DNA of 45,395 bases, from positions 1,841 through 47,235 of the forward strand of contig MHEF01000121.1 of the NCBI GenBank assembly GCA_001805125.1, read 5' to 3'. The notes under the pieces were generated by a model. It was not told where the DNA came from. It did no database searches and saw only the letters and a list, made by a program, of their open reading frames with translations. Shown one piece after another: positions 25,010-33,990 of this stretch (positions are counted from its first letter, which is position 1; each line of letters begins with the position of its first letter). Source of the DNA: Nitrospirae bacterium RBG_13_39_12 (lineage in GTDB: Bacteria; Nitrospirota; Thermodesulfovibrionia; Thermodesulfovibrionales; SM23-35). Made by a program: the position numbers and the translations under genes.

Positions 25010-26767
25010 ATGAAAGTTCTTCCTACTGAACAATGGGTTAAAAAAGCTGTAATCCTGGCAGGAGGGCAAAATACCCACTTAGCTCCTTTGACCAATTATT
25101 GCCCAACATGGATGTTTCCTGTCCTTAATAAACCTCTTATAGAGTATACCGTAGATTTTTTAAGAAAGAATGGTTTTGAGGAAATAATCATCTCCTTGCC
25201 TGAAGAAGCGAAAATCCCTGACTATTTAAAACAGAATAAGGTTCCAGGGATTAATATTAAATTCCATAAGGAAGATAGACCGAGAGGAACGGCTGGGGCA
25301 CTCAAGGATCTTGAGAATATTTTAGACAAAGAACCCTTCCTTGTTATTGAAGGCAATCTTTTTTCGGAAAGTATAAATTTAAATAAGTTTATTGAGTTTT
25401 ACAAAGAAACAGATTCAATTGCTACTGTTGGAGTATACCGAGAGAATGGTCGTAAGATTGAAGAGAATGTTACAATTAACAACGATAGCATGATTAACAG
25501 TTTCCATATCATTCACTCTTCAGTGGATAGGAGATCGCCATGGAGACCTTCTGGTATATATCTCTTCGATCCAATCATACTAAGATTTATTGACCGAAAG
25601 AATTATAAGGACATCAAGGAACAATTAATACCTGCCTTACAAAGAGAAGGTTTGAATGTCTCTGCGTGTGAAATTGAAGGGTTTCACTCCCTTCTCCGAA
25701 ACATGAACGATTACATCAATATCCATCGAGACCTTCTTTTGAAAAACGGCCATAAATATTTTGATGACAAGGAAGAGATAACAAAAGGGGTGTGGGTCGG
25801 CAAGAATGTGAAAATCTCTCCCAAAGCCTATTTATTAGGTCCGATTTTTATAGGCGATGGTTGTGAGATAAAAGATTGGGCACAAATCATCGGACCAACA
25901 GTCATTGGCAAAAAATGCCTGATATCAGAGGAGGTTGTAATTCGTGAGAGTATTCTATGGGGTGGCATATCTTTATCAAAAAAGTCGAGGATTGAATATT
26001 CAATCATAGGTGAGAGAGCCGATATTCCAGATAATTTTTATAGCAATAATATGATTTTGTTAAACGGATTATCCATTAGAGATGTTAGCCTGATCCCCTC
26101 AGACCAAAGTATAAAAGGAATTATTAACTTATCAGATGTTGTATCCACCATAGGGAGCAGACAGAAGATATATGAAATATCAAAGAGAATAATGGATATC
26201 ATTCTTTCTGCCACTGGCATTATTCTTCTCTTTCCTTTATTATTATTATTTGCTATTGTGATAAAGATCGATTCTCCAGGATCCGTATTTTATATTCAAA
26301 AGCGATGTGGCAGGGAGGGCAAATTGTTTGGTATGATAAAGTTTAGGACGATGGTTGCCAATGCCGAGAAACTCCAAAAAGAACTAATTGCTATTAAAGA
26401 GATTGATGGCCCGATGTTTAAGATATCAAATGACCCAAGAATCACAAGAGTTGGAAGGATATTACGAAATACCAGCCTCGATGAAATCCCTCAGCTATTC
26501 AATGTTCTTAAGGGAGAAATGAGTCTTGTCGGCCCAAGGCCATTGATAATGGATGAGATGCAATTCAGCCCAAGTTGGCGTGATACAAGGCTGAAAGTAA
26601 AACCGGGTATAACAGGATTATGGCAGATACAGGGTAGGAGTGAAGCCCCTTTCCACGACTGGATAAGATATGATGCAGGGTATGTCAAGAACCAGTCCCT
26701 CTGGATGGATATTAAAATACTGCTGAAGACAATAAAAGTTGTTCTAAAAAAATCAGGGGCGTATTGA
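25010..26767 (+). CDS. Fusion protein: sugar-1-phosphate nucleotidyltransferase-like domain plus left-handed beta-helix, fused to a monotopic phosphoglycosyl transferase (bacterial sugar transferase, PglC/WbaP-C type)
   Basis: The N-terminus has an NTP-transferase pattern (AVILAGGQNTHLAPLT ... NKPLIEY) followed by hexapeptide repeats (VGKNVKISPKAYLLGPIFIGDGCEIKDWAQIIGPTVIGKKC). The C-terminal 200 aa has a re-entrant helix (IILSATGIILLFPLLLLFAIVIKIDSPG), KFRTM, and the signature DEIPQLFNVLKGEMSLVGPRP. An AGGAG RBS lies upstream. Confidence 0.85.
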   Translation: MKVLPTEQWVKKAVILAGGQNTHLAPLTNYCPTWMFPVLNKPLIEYTVDFLRKNGFEEIIISLPEEAKIPDYLKQNKVPGINIKFHKEDRPRGTAGALKDLENILDKEPFLVIEGNLFSESINLNKFIEFYKETDSIATVGVYRENGRKIEENVTINNDSMINSFHIIHSSVDRRSPWRPSGIYLFDPIILRFIDRKNYKDIKEQLIPALQREGLNVSACEIEGFHSLLRNMNDYINIHRDLLLKNGHKYFDDKEEITKGVWVGKNVKISPKAYLLGPIFIGDGCEIKDWAQIIGPTVIGKKCLISEEVVIRESILWGGISLSKKSRIEYSIIGERADIPDNFYSNNMILLNGLSIRDVSLIPSDQSIKGIINLSDVVSTIGSRQKIYEISKRIMDIILSATGIILLFPLLLLFAIVIKIDSPGSVFYIQKRCGREGKLFGMIKFRTMVANAEKLQKELIAIKEIDGPMFKISNDPRITRVGRILRNTSLDEIPQLFNVLKGEMSLVGPRPLIMDEMQFSPSWRDTRLKVKPGITGLWQIQGRSEAPFHDWIRYDAGYVKNQSLWMDIKILLKTIKVVLKKSGAY

Positions 26768-26816
26768 TATGATCGTTATGCCAAAAGAAGGCGAGAGAAG
26801 ATGATAGAGTAAATTA

Positions 26817-27109
26817 CCCCGCAGCAGAGCTGCGGGGCATCCAATTCTCTAAAAACTTTCCTCCACCTTGAGAGACTGTGTCGTAATTATTGTTTTGTCA
26901 CCCTGAATTTATTTCAGGGTCTCGTAAGTATTTGATTCTATTAGATGCTGAAACAAGTTCAGCATGACATTTTTCGCTGTTTTCCCCATTGTGACACAGT
27001 CTCTGATGGGGGAGGATTAAGGTGGGGGTGATCATAAGATCATTTCACCCTAACCCTCTTCCCCCAGGGGAGAGGGAATGCCATTCATCCGCCCAGCAGA
27101 GCTGAGCGG
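26817..27109. repeat. Nested-hairpin REP/MITE-like element cluster (R2)
   Basis: Hairpins occur at 26817-26837 (CCCCGCAGC-aga-GCTGCGGGG), 26900-26920 (ACCCTGAA-tttat-TTCAGGGT), 26945-26965 (ATGCTGAA-acaag-TTCAGCAT), 27054-27076, and 27089-27109 (a diverged copy of the first). A long-range inverted repeat also links 26860-26882 with 26993-27027. Confidence 0.7.
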
Positions 27110-27144
27110 TATTCAACAGGGATTTTTATAAAGGAGAATAAGAT

Positions 27145-27930
27145 ATGAACTTCAGAAACATAAATCCCTCATATATATATATCGGGATATTCGTCCTCAT
27201 TATCTCTATTTTATTAAATGGATGCTCAACCATTGGGACTACATCAAAAACGACCGAAGGGGGAGTCTCTCCGGCATCAGATGAGGAACCTAAGGAGGTT
27301 AAGCTCAATGAGTTTATCCTTGGCCCAGGAGATAGGGTTGAGATTATAGTCTATCGCCACGATGACTTAAAAAGAACCGCCCAAATAGATACTTCTGGAA
27401 AGATAGCCTACCCATTGGTTGGAGATATTCAGGCAGGAGGATCAAGTATTTTTCAATTGAGGGATAAAATTCGGGATGGGCTTTCAAAGTATATCATAAA
27501 TCCCGAGGTTACAATTGGTGTTGTATCTGTCCTGAGCCAGAAGGTTGGAGTCCTTGGTGAAGTCAACAATCCTGGGTTATTTACTCTTGATACTTCATTA
27601 ACTGCAGTAGAGGCTGTATCTAAGGCTGGAGGGTTTACCATAAATGCAAAACAGAAAAATGTTCTTCTTATCAGAGGTGGGTTGAAAAAACCTGAGTTAA
27701 TAACTCTTAATATAAATAACTTTTTTAGGGAACAGGATCTAACTCAAAACGTTTCTCTCAAAAATGGAGATATTATCTATGTGCCAGCAACATTTATAGA
27801 AAATGTTGCCAGATTCTTTGACCATTTGTCAAGGATCCTTGCACCTCTTACCTCGATAGAATCTGGAATCTATATAGGCCAACAAATAAAACAGGGAACC
27901 GGCGGAGGAGCATCTGTTCCAGCAAGATAA
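27145..27930 (+). CDS. Polysaccharide export outer-membrane lipoprotein (Wza/OPX family, short form)
   Basis: Lipobox LLNGC. Poly_export motif (FILGPGDRVEIIVY ... IDTSGKIAYPLVGDIQAGGSS) and an SLBB-like segment (VGVLGEVNNPGLFTL ... AVSKAGGFT). At 261 aa it lacks the long C-terminal helix of E. coli Wza. Confidence 0.85.
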   Translation: MNFRNINPSYIYIGIFVLIISILLNGCSTIGTTSKTTEGGVSPASDEEPKEVKLNEFILGPGDRVEIIVYRHDDLKRTAQIDTSGKIAYPLVGDIQAGGSSIFQLRDKIRDGLSKYIINPEVTIGVVSVLSQKVGVLGEVNNPGLFTLDTSLTAVEAVSKAGGFTINAKQKNVLLIRGGLKKPELITLNINNFFREQDLTQNVSLKNGDIIYVPATFIENVARFFDHLSRILAPLTSIESGIYIGQQIKQGTGGGASVPAR

Positions 27931-27961
27931 GTTTTATCTATAAAAGGAGGTTTATATTAAT

Positions 27962-29464
27962 ATGACACTTGTTGAAATGCTTGAGAGAAATGAAAGAGAA
28001 TTCCCCAACAAGATAGCTATCATCTATCGTCATACCGGGATTACATATAGAGAACTGAATGTGACGGTTGACAAGATAGCCAATGCCTTAATAGCCATGG
28101 GGCTTAAAAAGGGGGATAGGGTTGGGCTGATGCTTCCTCGAGTTCCTGAACTTATTGTCAGTTTTCTTTCTATAGCCAAGGCTCAAGGGATTGTTGTACC
28201 CATCAATTTTGAACTTTTAGAAGAGAAAATTAGAACGATACTAATTAATATTTTACCCCGATATCTTATTATCCATGAAAACTTTTTAGACCTTGCCAAA
28301 AGATCACTTCCTTCAGGTCTAAAAATTCCTATCATAGCTGTTGGAGAAAGAATGAATGGAGAGGAATTTTTCTGGGAGGAGATGCTGAAAGGCAAGAGTT
28401 CGCCCCCCCCAGCTTTAGAAGTTAAAGAAAATGATGTGGTTTACCTCAACTATACCACTGGTTCGACAGGGAATCCGAAGGGGGCTATCACTACTCATTC
28501 ACATATATACTGGAATACAGTTGCCTCCATCGATGCCCTCAAAATGACTTCTAATGATGTTCATCTCTGTATGTTTGCCCCCTTTGCGCATCCGCACGAA
28601 ATATTTGCCAGACCCCTCTACCTGGGAGGAACAATGGTTTTGGTTGACAAGATATATCCGAAGTCTATTGCAGAAGCCATTGCTCATCATCAGGTGACCT
28701 GTATGATGGGACTTGCTCCAATGTACGAGAATCTGTTAGAGGTCCTTGAGCACAAAACTTACAATTTTGGTTCTTTAAGGATCCCAGAAAGTGGCGGTAT
28801 GTATACACGGCCAGAACTTATTGAGAGATTCAAAAGGAAGGTGGGTGTGCCAATTCTATCCGTATTGGGAACTACAGAAACAGCAGGTATTGCGATTGCC
28901 AATAGACCAGGTGAGACAATTATTTCTGGTTCTGCGGGAAAACCCTGTAAGTCCTATGAGGTAAAAATTGTTGATGAATATGATATGGAACTTCCAAAAA
29001 ACGAAATTGGAGAGATGATATTCAAAGGGCCTGGAGTGGTTCAGGGATACTATCAGGACCCTATCAATACTCAAAGTTGCTTCAAAAATGGTTGGTATTA
29101 CAGCGGAGATTTAGGAAGAAGAGACGAAGAAAATAACTTCTACTTTATTGAAAGAAAGTCAGGAATGATGAAGGTAGCAGGCCTAAAAGTCTACCCCTTG
29201 GAAATTGAATTGGCATTGCTGGAACATCCAGACATAAAAGAAGTCGCTATCATCTCTGTGAAGGACACACTTAGAGGGGAAATCCCCAAGGCCGTCATCG
29301 TTACAAAAAATGGGGTTGATTTAACCGAGAAAGAGGTTATTGCATTTTGTAGAGATAGATTGCCAAATTATATGGTGCCTCGCATTGTGGAGTTAAGAGA
29401 GGCCCTTCCAAAAATCGGGAGCGGAAAGATTAATAAAAAAGAATTACAGATGGAGAGAATATAA
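27962..29464 (+). CDS. Adenylate-forming enzyme (AMP-dependent synthetase/ligase; DltA/acyl-carrier-loading candidate)
   Basis: 500 aa. Core motifs: YTTGSTGNPKGA (A3), YYSGDLGRRDEENNFYFIERKSGMMKVAGLKVYPLEIE (A7/A8), and GSGKINKKEL (A10). A strong AAGGAGG RBS is present. Confidence 0.9.
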   Translation: MTLVEMLERNEREFPNKIAIIYRHTGITYRELNVTVDKIANALIAMGLKKGDRVGLMLPRVPELIVSFLSIAKAQGIVVPINFELLEEKIRTILINILPRYLIIHENFLDLAKRSLPSGLKIPIIAVGERMNGEEFFWEEMLKGKSSPPPALEVKENDVVYLNYTTGSTGNPKGAITTHSHIYWNTVASIDALKMTSNDVHLCMFAPFAHPHEIFARPLYLGGTMVLVDKIYPKSIAEAIAHHQVTCMMGLAPMYENLLEVLEHKTYNFGSLRIPESGGMYTRPELIERFKRKVGVPILSVLGTTETAGIAIANRPGETIISGSAGKPCKSYEVKIVDEYDMELPKNEIGEMIFKGPGVVQGYYQDPINTQSCFKNGWYYSGDLGRRDEENNFYFIERKSGMMKVAGLKVYPLEIELALLEHPDIKEVAIISVKDTLRGEIPKAVIVTKNGVDLTEKEVIAFCRDRLPNYMVPRIVELREALPKIGSGKINKKELQMERI

Positions 29465-29573
29465 GACATTGAATATTAATGCAGAATAGAAACCTAAAAA
29501 AGGTATCTCTTAAATGAAGATAAAGATGTAAAACAAAGAACCCTTGTATGATTGGTTTCTAATAATAGTAAAG

Positions 29574-29613
29574 AGCCCCGCTCTTATATAGCATACGATA
29601 TAGGAGCGGGGCT
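29574..29613 (+). terminator. Long GC-clamped hairpin downstream of the adenylating-enzyme gene
   Basis: AGCCCCGCTC (29574-29583) pairs with GAGCGGGGCT (29604-29613), with additional TATAT/ATATA pairing inside, and is followed by TTT. It lies 110 nt after the stop codon. Confidence 0.5.
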
Positions 29614-29649
29614 TTAAAACTTAAATGATTTAGAACCAAAATAGAGATT

Positions 29650-29719
29650 CAGAAACAAGTTCGGGATGACAACAATGGTAGTTCCATTCTTCTTGTCATG
29701 CTGAATTTGGTCCGGCATC
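29650..29719. repeat. Degenerate hairpin-repeat element (R3), related to the ATGCTGAAACAAGTTCAGCATGACA unit of R2
   Basis: CAGAAACAAGTTCGGGATGACAA (29650-29672) resembles 26948-26970. An inverted degenerate copy, TTGTCATGCTGAATTTGGTCCGGCAT, lies at 29693-29718. Confidence 0.45.
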
Positions 29720-29881
29720 TCAATTCCATTTTGGAAATTTTTATTTTAGAGTAATACTTCTGCCGTTTTGGTTGAATCATTCGTGGGAATCATCTTTTTG
29801 GCTTTGGCAACGGTGCTTTTAGTTGATATTCTTAATGATTAAGGATAGATTGAAAGATCATACCATAAAGGGGAATTAATC

Positions 29882-31924
29882 ATGGAGATTAGAAAATATT
29901 TTGAAATCATTTGGAAAAGGAAGTGGGTACTGATTTCCAGTTTTTGCATCATTGTTATTCTTGTGGTGATAGCAACTAACGTTTTAACTCCAATTTATGA
30001 GGCAAAAACCAAGGTCCTTATTGAACAATCAAGTGCTCTATCTGCCATTATGAGCAGCCTTAACGTGCCAACGAATCCTTTGCTTACTCCAAATCTTACT
30101 AATATTGCATATGGATACGATACAGAAATCACTCTTGTGAAGATAAGTCCTATTCTCCAAAAACTTATTGCTAACTTGAATCTAAAGGACAGGAAGGGAG
30201 AAACATTAAAACCAGAAAAGGTTCCATTTTCTATAACAAGACTTATTCTCCCCCAACCGTATATAGCTGTGGACCAATATCTAAGCTCAAATATTCTGGA
30301 AATTACAGGAGGTTCTACTAATCCCGCAGAGGCAGCCAAAATATCAAATGAATTAGCTAAATTGTATATAGACAATACTGTGGGTGAGGTAAAAAAAAGT
30401 TTCAGAGCTGCCCGTTTATTCATTGAAAATCAAATGGAGGATGTTAAGAAAAAATATTTTAAGTCTTTATTAGAAAGAAAAAATTTTATGACCGAAGAAT
30501 CAACGGTTGATTTAACAAGGGAGATTTCAGAGCTCCTTGATACTATAACAAAATTAAAGCAGGGTTATAATGACAATGAAGCTACTATAGCTCAGGCCGA
30601 AGAAAGCATCAGTTTGATAGAAAAACAGATTGCAGGGAAAGAGCATATTTCCAGTAATCTAATAAACACGATGGAGTCAAAATTAAATGATTTGTTAATA
30701 AATATCTCAGGCAAGAAGATTGAACTTACCGAAAAACATCCTGATATTGTAATACTTAATAAACAAATTGATACTATAAAAAAGCAATTGGAAGAAAAGA
30801 TGGAAATTGCCTTTAGCGAAAAGGCAGTCTCTATGGCCCCCGTTTACGAAGAATTAATAAGAAACCTGAAGGATGCATACATTAATAAAAAGACCGGAGA
30901 AATAAAAAGAGAATTATTAAAGCAATTTATTGATAAATATCAAGATGAACTAATGAAAATCCCTCCTAAAATCATGAGATCCTCCGCGATAGACGTTTCG
31001 CTCAATGCTAACCAAGATACCTATAAAAATCTTTTAACAAGCCTGAATCAGTTGGGTGTTGCCGAGTCTATCACCCTCGCCAATATCAGATTAGTTGAAC
31101 CTGCAGTAGAACCGGAAAGCGATGCACTCTATTTCCCCAAAAAGAATCTAAGCTATGTTCTCGGAATATTTCTTAGTTTATTCTGTGGGCTGTTTCTGAC
31201 TTTTTTTATAGAATATATAGACAATAAAATAAGAAGCCCTGAGGATATTAAACAATATGGATTTACGTTTTTAGGGTCTATTCCAAAGTTTAAATGGTTT
31301 AAAGGGAAACCTATGGTTTCAAAGTTAAATCCGAACGACCCGATCTATGAAGCCTATCGAAAGATACTTACCAATATTGATTTTGTAACGCTTGATAAGC
31401 CTTATAATAACCTATTAGTTAGCGGTATCAATCCAAAGGAAGGAAGTTCTACCACGGCAATGAACCTTGGAATTATACTTGCCAGTGAGGGGAAGAAAGT
31501 CCTTTTGGTGGATGCAGACCTCAGAAAACCTAACCTTCATCGATTGTTTGGGCTCCCCAATACGAAAGGTTTTATTGATTTATTATTTGGAAATGCAGAA
31601 ATGGAAAAAGTGATTCAGCCATCAAAGATTGATGGTTTAAGCATTATCCCAACAGGTCCAGCAACCCCGGATCCAGGCCTGCTTATCAAATCTAATAAAA
31701 TGCGAGAGGTTATTAGAGGCTTAAAAGGAAAATTTGACATCATTTTATTCCGTTCTGCTCCTCTTTTAATTAGGAACGATGCAGTTTTATTAATGAGAAA
31801 TTTAGATGCTATGATAATCGTTTCCAGGAATGGAGTCACTAACCATCCTTCTATTGCCAGAACTGACGAACTTTTAAAGAATTCAAAGATAACCCCGATA
31901 GGAATCATCCTAAACCGGGTTTAA
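29882..31924 (+). CDS. Polysaccharide co-polymerase (Wzz/PCP-2 type) with a C-terminal BY-kinase-like domain carrying degenerate Walker A and B motifs
   Basis: 680 aa. It has an N-terminal TM plus Wzz-like start (IWKRKWVLISSF), a long coiled-coil periplasmic region, and a second TM (YVLGIFLSLFCGLFLTFFI). The C-terminal domain has Walker A' LLVDADLRKP. Walker A reads GINPKEGSST rather than ..GEGKST, Walker B reads DIILFRSAP rather than D..iDTPP, and there is no C-terminal Tyr cluster. Confidence 0.8.
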   Translation: MEIRKYFEIIWKRKWVLISSFCIIVILVVIATNVLTPIYEAKTKVLIEQSSALSAIMSSLNVPTNPLLTPNLTNIAYGYDTEITLVKISPILQKLIANLNLKDRKGETLKPEKVPFSITRLILPQPYIAVDQYLSSNILEITGGSTNPAEAAKISNELAKLYIDNTVGEVKKSFRAARLFIENQMEDVKKKYFKSLLERKNFMTEESTVDLTREISELLDTITKLKQGYNDNEATIAQAEESISLIEKQIAGKEHISSNLINTMESKLNDLLINISGKKIELTEKHPDIVILNKQIDTIKKQLEEKMEIAFSEKAVSMAPVYEELIRNLKDAYINKKTGEIKRELLKQFIDKYQDELMKIPPKIMRSSAIDVSLNANQDTYKNLLTSLNQLGVAESITLANIRLVEPAVEPESDALYFPKKNLSYVLGIFLSLFCGLFLTFFIEYIDNKIRSPEDIKQYGFTFLGSIPKFKWFKGKPMVSKLNPNDPIYEAYRKILTNIDFVTLDKPYNNLLVSGINPKEGSSTTAMNLGIILASEGKKVLLVDADLRKPNLHRLFGLPNTKGFIDLLFGNAEMEKVIQPSKIDGLSIIPTGPATPDPGLLIKSNKMREVIRGLKGKFDIILFRSAPLLIRNDAVLLMRNLDAMIIVSRNGVTNHPSIARTDELLKNSKITPIGIILNRV

Positions 31925-32139
31925 ATATAGGGATTTTCCAAGATTGTATTGAAATTATCAGGATTTTGGGCAATTATTTCATTTTTTCGAAACCAGGTTG
32001 CCTTTTTTGTTTTTTATCAAGTTATTTTCCTGTCCAAAATACCATTTTTTAAAACCTAATTTTACCAAAAGTGGTATTAAATGATTAAATTACTAATCAG
32101 GCCATAATTATATAGACATTGAAAACTAAATCCCTCCTT

Positions 32140-32463
32140 CCTCCCTTTACCAAAGGGAGGAATCCCCCTCTTTGGCAAACTGATCGTTACCCATAAATGG
32201 GGAGGCTGGACACAAGGGGCTAAGTTATATGTTGCTAACATGACGAAATCATTATTATTCTTTAAGTTTGTCATTCCTGCGGAAGCAGGAATCCAGGTAT
32301 TTCCTATTGGTCATGGATTCCCGTTTTCACGGGAATGACATCTAAATACATTATGCTAAAGCCTCAATTGCCCCAGTTATGCCCCCCTCCTTGTGTCCAG
32401 CAGCCGACTTATGGGACACGTTCAGTTTGGCAAAGAGGGGTTACCTGCCTGCCGGTAGGCAGG
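32140..32463. repeat. Nested-hairpin REP/MITE-like element cluster (R4)
   Basis: Hairpins occur at 32140-32160 (CCTCCCTTT-acc-AAAGGGAGG), 32273-32292 (ATTCCTGC-ggaa-GCAGGAAT), 32317-32336 (ATTCCCG-ttttca-CGGGAAT) and 32444-32463. A long imperfect inverted repeat links 32165-32219 with 32383-32440. 32270-32294 is the exact reverse complement of 11770-11794. Confidence 0.75.
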
Positions 32464-32535
32464 GGGGAGATTTTCTAAAGATTATGTCTACTCGATTATG
32501 GACTCCTTAGTAAATTAACAGGGAGTAATAAAGGT

Positions 32536-33918
32536 ATGAAAGTTTTACTCGTCCAATCACATTTAGGCAGGATGAAGTTTTCCCCTCCTTTATTCCCAAT
32601 TGGGTTGTGTTATATCGCTACTGCTTTAACAAAGCATGATGTTAGGATATTAGATCTTAATATGTGGGAACTTTCTACCGCCTATGAAAAATTAAAAGAA
32701 GAAATTGTGAATTTTAGCCCAAATATTGTTGGAATTTCCATTCGGGATATTGATACAACAAATAGATCAGATATTTTTTACAATTTTAAGACTGTTAAAC
32801 CAACTGCCCAGTTAATAAAAAAAATAAATCCCAACATAAAACTTTTGGTTGGAGGCTCTGGTTTCTCCATATTTGCTCAAAATATTATGGAGCGAATTCC
32901 AGAATTTAATTTTGGTATTCATTTAGAGGGAGAAGAATCTATCCCAGAGCTTTTAGACCATATTGACTTCCCAGAAACTGTTAAGGGTATTTTTATCAGG
33001 AATAATGATTCGACTTATTTTACTGGTTTTAGAGCACTACCTGATTTTAATAATTTACCCATTCCTAAAAGGAACGAGAGTTTAATAAATATTAAACCAT
33101 ACATAGGAGCGATGGATAACAATATAGGGATTCAAAGCAAGCGCGGGTGTATATTAAATTGTGCTTACTGTAGTTATCCCTTTTTAAGTGGTAAGCAATT
33201 GCGCCTTCGTTCACCCGAAATCGTTGTAGATGAAATAGAATACCTTATCAGTTTAGGGGTTAAAAGGTTTACTTTTGTAGATAATATTTTTAATGTTCCA
33301 GTATCACATTCCAAAGAAATTTGTGAGGAGATAATCAAACGAGGGTTAGATGTCGAGTGGAGTGCATGGTTTGAGATAAAACATACAACTGAAGAACTGA
33401 TGCTTCTTGCTAAAAAAGCTGGGTGTAAACATTTTGGTTTTTCACCTGATGGTGCTACCAATAAAACACTTTCTTTTCTCAAAAAAGGCATTACTGAGAA
33501 GGACATCGAAGAAAATTTAAGAATGGTCAGAAGAATAGATGGGATAAAAGCCGGCTATAATTTTTTTTTAATGCTACCGGGAATGAATTTACGAGATTTA
33601 ATAAAAACTTTGATTCTATATTTCAAATTGCCTATTCTCCTGTTTGGCAAAGGAGGAGGAGCTTTATTGGGATGGATACGTATAGAACCTCACACAAAGA
33701 TACATGAGTTCGCTGTTAAAGAGGGCATTCTGAGTCAGGATACCGATTTACTACCAGAAGATGAAAAGGAACTGATAAAACTTTTTTATACTAACCCTAA
33801 ATATCGATATATCGATTTATTTCTTTTATTTTTAGTTAAATTAATGGAAAACATTGTAAAACCATTTGCAAAGTTTGTGATAAAGGGTTTTCCCAGAAGC
33901 AAAGGTAACAGCATATAA
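32536..33918 (+). CDS. B12-binding-domain radical SAM protein (class B)
   Basis: The N-terminus is Rossmann-like and cobalamin-domain-like (MKVLLVQSH...FPIGLCYIATAL...IVGISI). It is followed by the radical SAM cluster motif CILNCAYCSYP (CxxxCxxC). Confidence 0.85.
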   Translation: MKVLLVQSHLGRMKFSPPLFPIGLCYIATALTKHDVRILDLNMWELSTAYEKLKEEIVNFSPNIVGISIRDIDTTNRSDIFYNFKTVKPTAQLIKKINPNIKLLVGGSGFSIFAQNIMERIPEFNFGIHLEGEESIPELLDHIDFPETVKGIFIRNNDSTYFTGFRALPDFNNLPIPKRNESLINIKPYIGAMDNNIGIQSKRGCILNCAYCSYPFLSGKQLRLRSPEIVVDEIEYLISLGVKRFTFVDNIFNVPVSHSKEICEEIIKRGLDVEWSAWFEIKHTTEELMLLAKKAGCKHFGFSPDGATNKTLSFLKKGITEKDIEENLRMVRRIDGIKAGYNFFLMLPGMNLRDLIKTLILYFKLPILLFGKGGGALLGWIRIEPHTKIHEFAVKEGILSQDTDLLPEDEKELIKLFYTNPKYRYIDLFLLFLVKLMENIVKPFAKFVIKGFPRSKGNSI

Positions 33919-33990
33919 TTTTCAACTATTGAATTAAACAAGAACAGAAAAAAAGAACATGAAATCATGATTTAATATAATGACAATCTG

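Noticed and set aside
27126-27308. 60-aa minus ORF, and likewise 32077-32274 (65 aa)
   Set aside because: The first is antisense to the start of the Wza-like gene. The second is a translation of the hairpin-repeat element R4 (…PPFGKGRKEGF…), a typical junk ORF produced by such repeats.
29995-31908. Minus-strand ORFs 29995-30423 (142 aa) and 31615-31908 (97 aa)
   Set aside because: They are antisense within the Wzc-like co-polymerase gene. AT-rich coding DNA commonly leaves long antisense ORFs.
26817-32463. Whether the repeated palindromes form a CRISPR array
   Set aside because: The units differ in sequence, are not regularly spaced, are nested inside longer inverted repeats, and are separated by genes. 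No cas genes are present.
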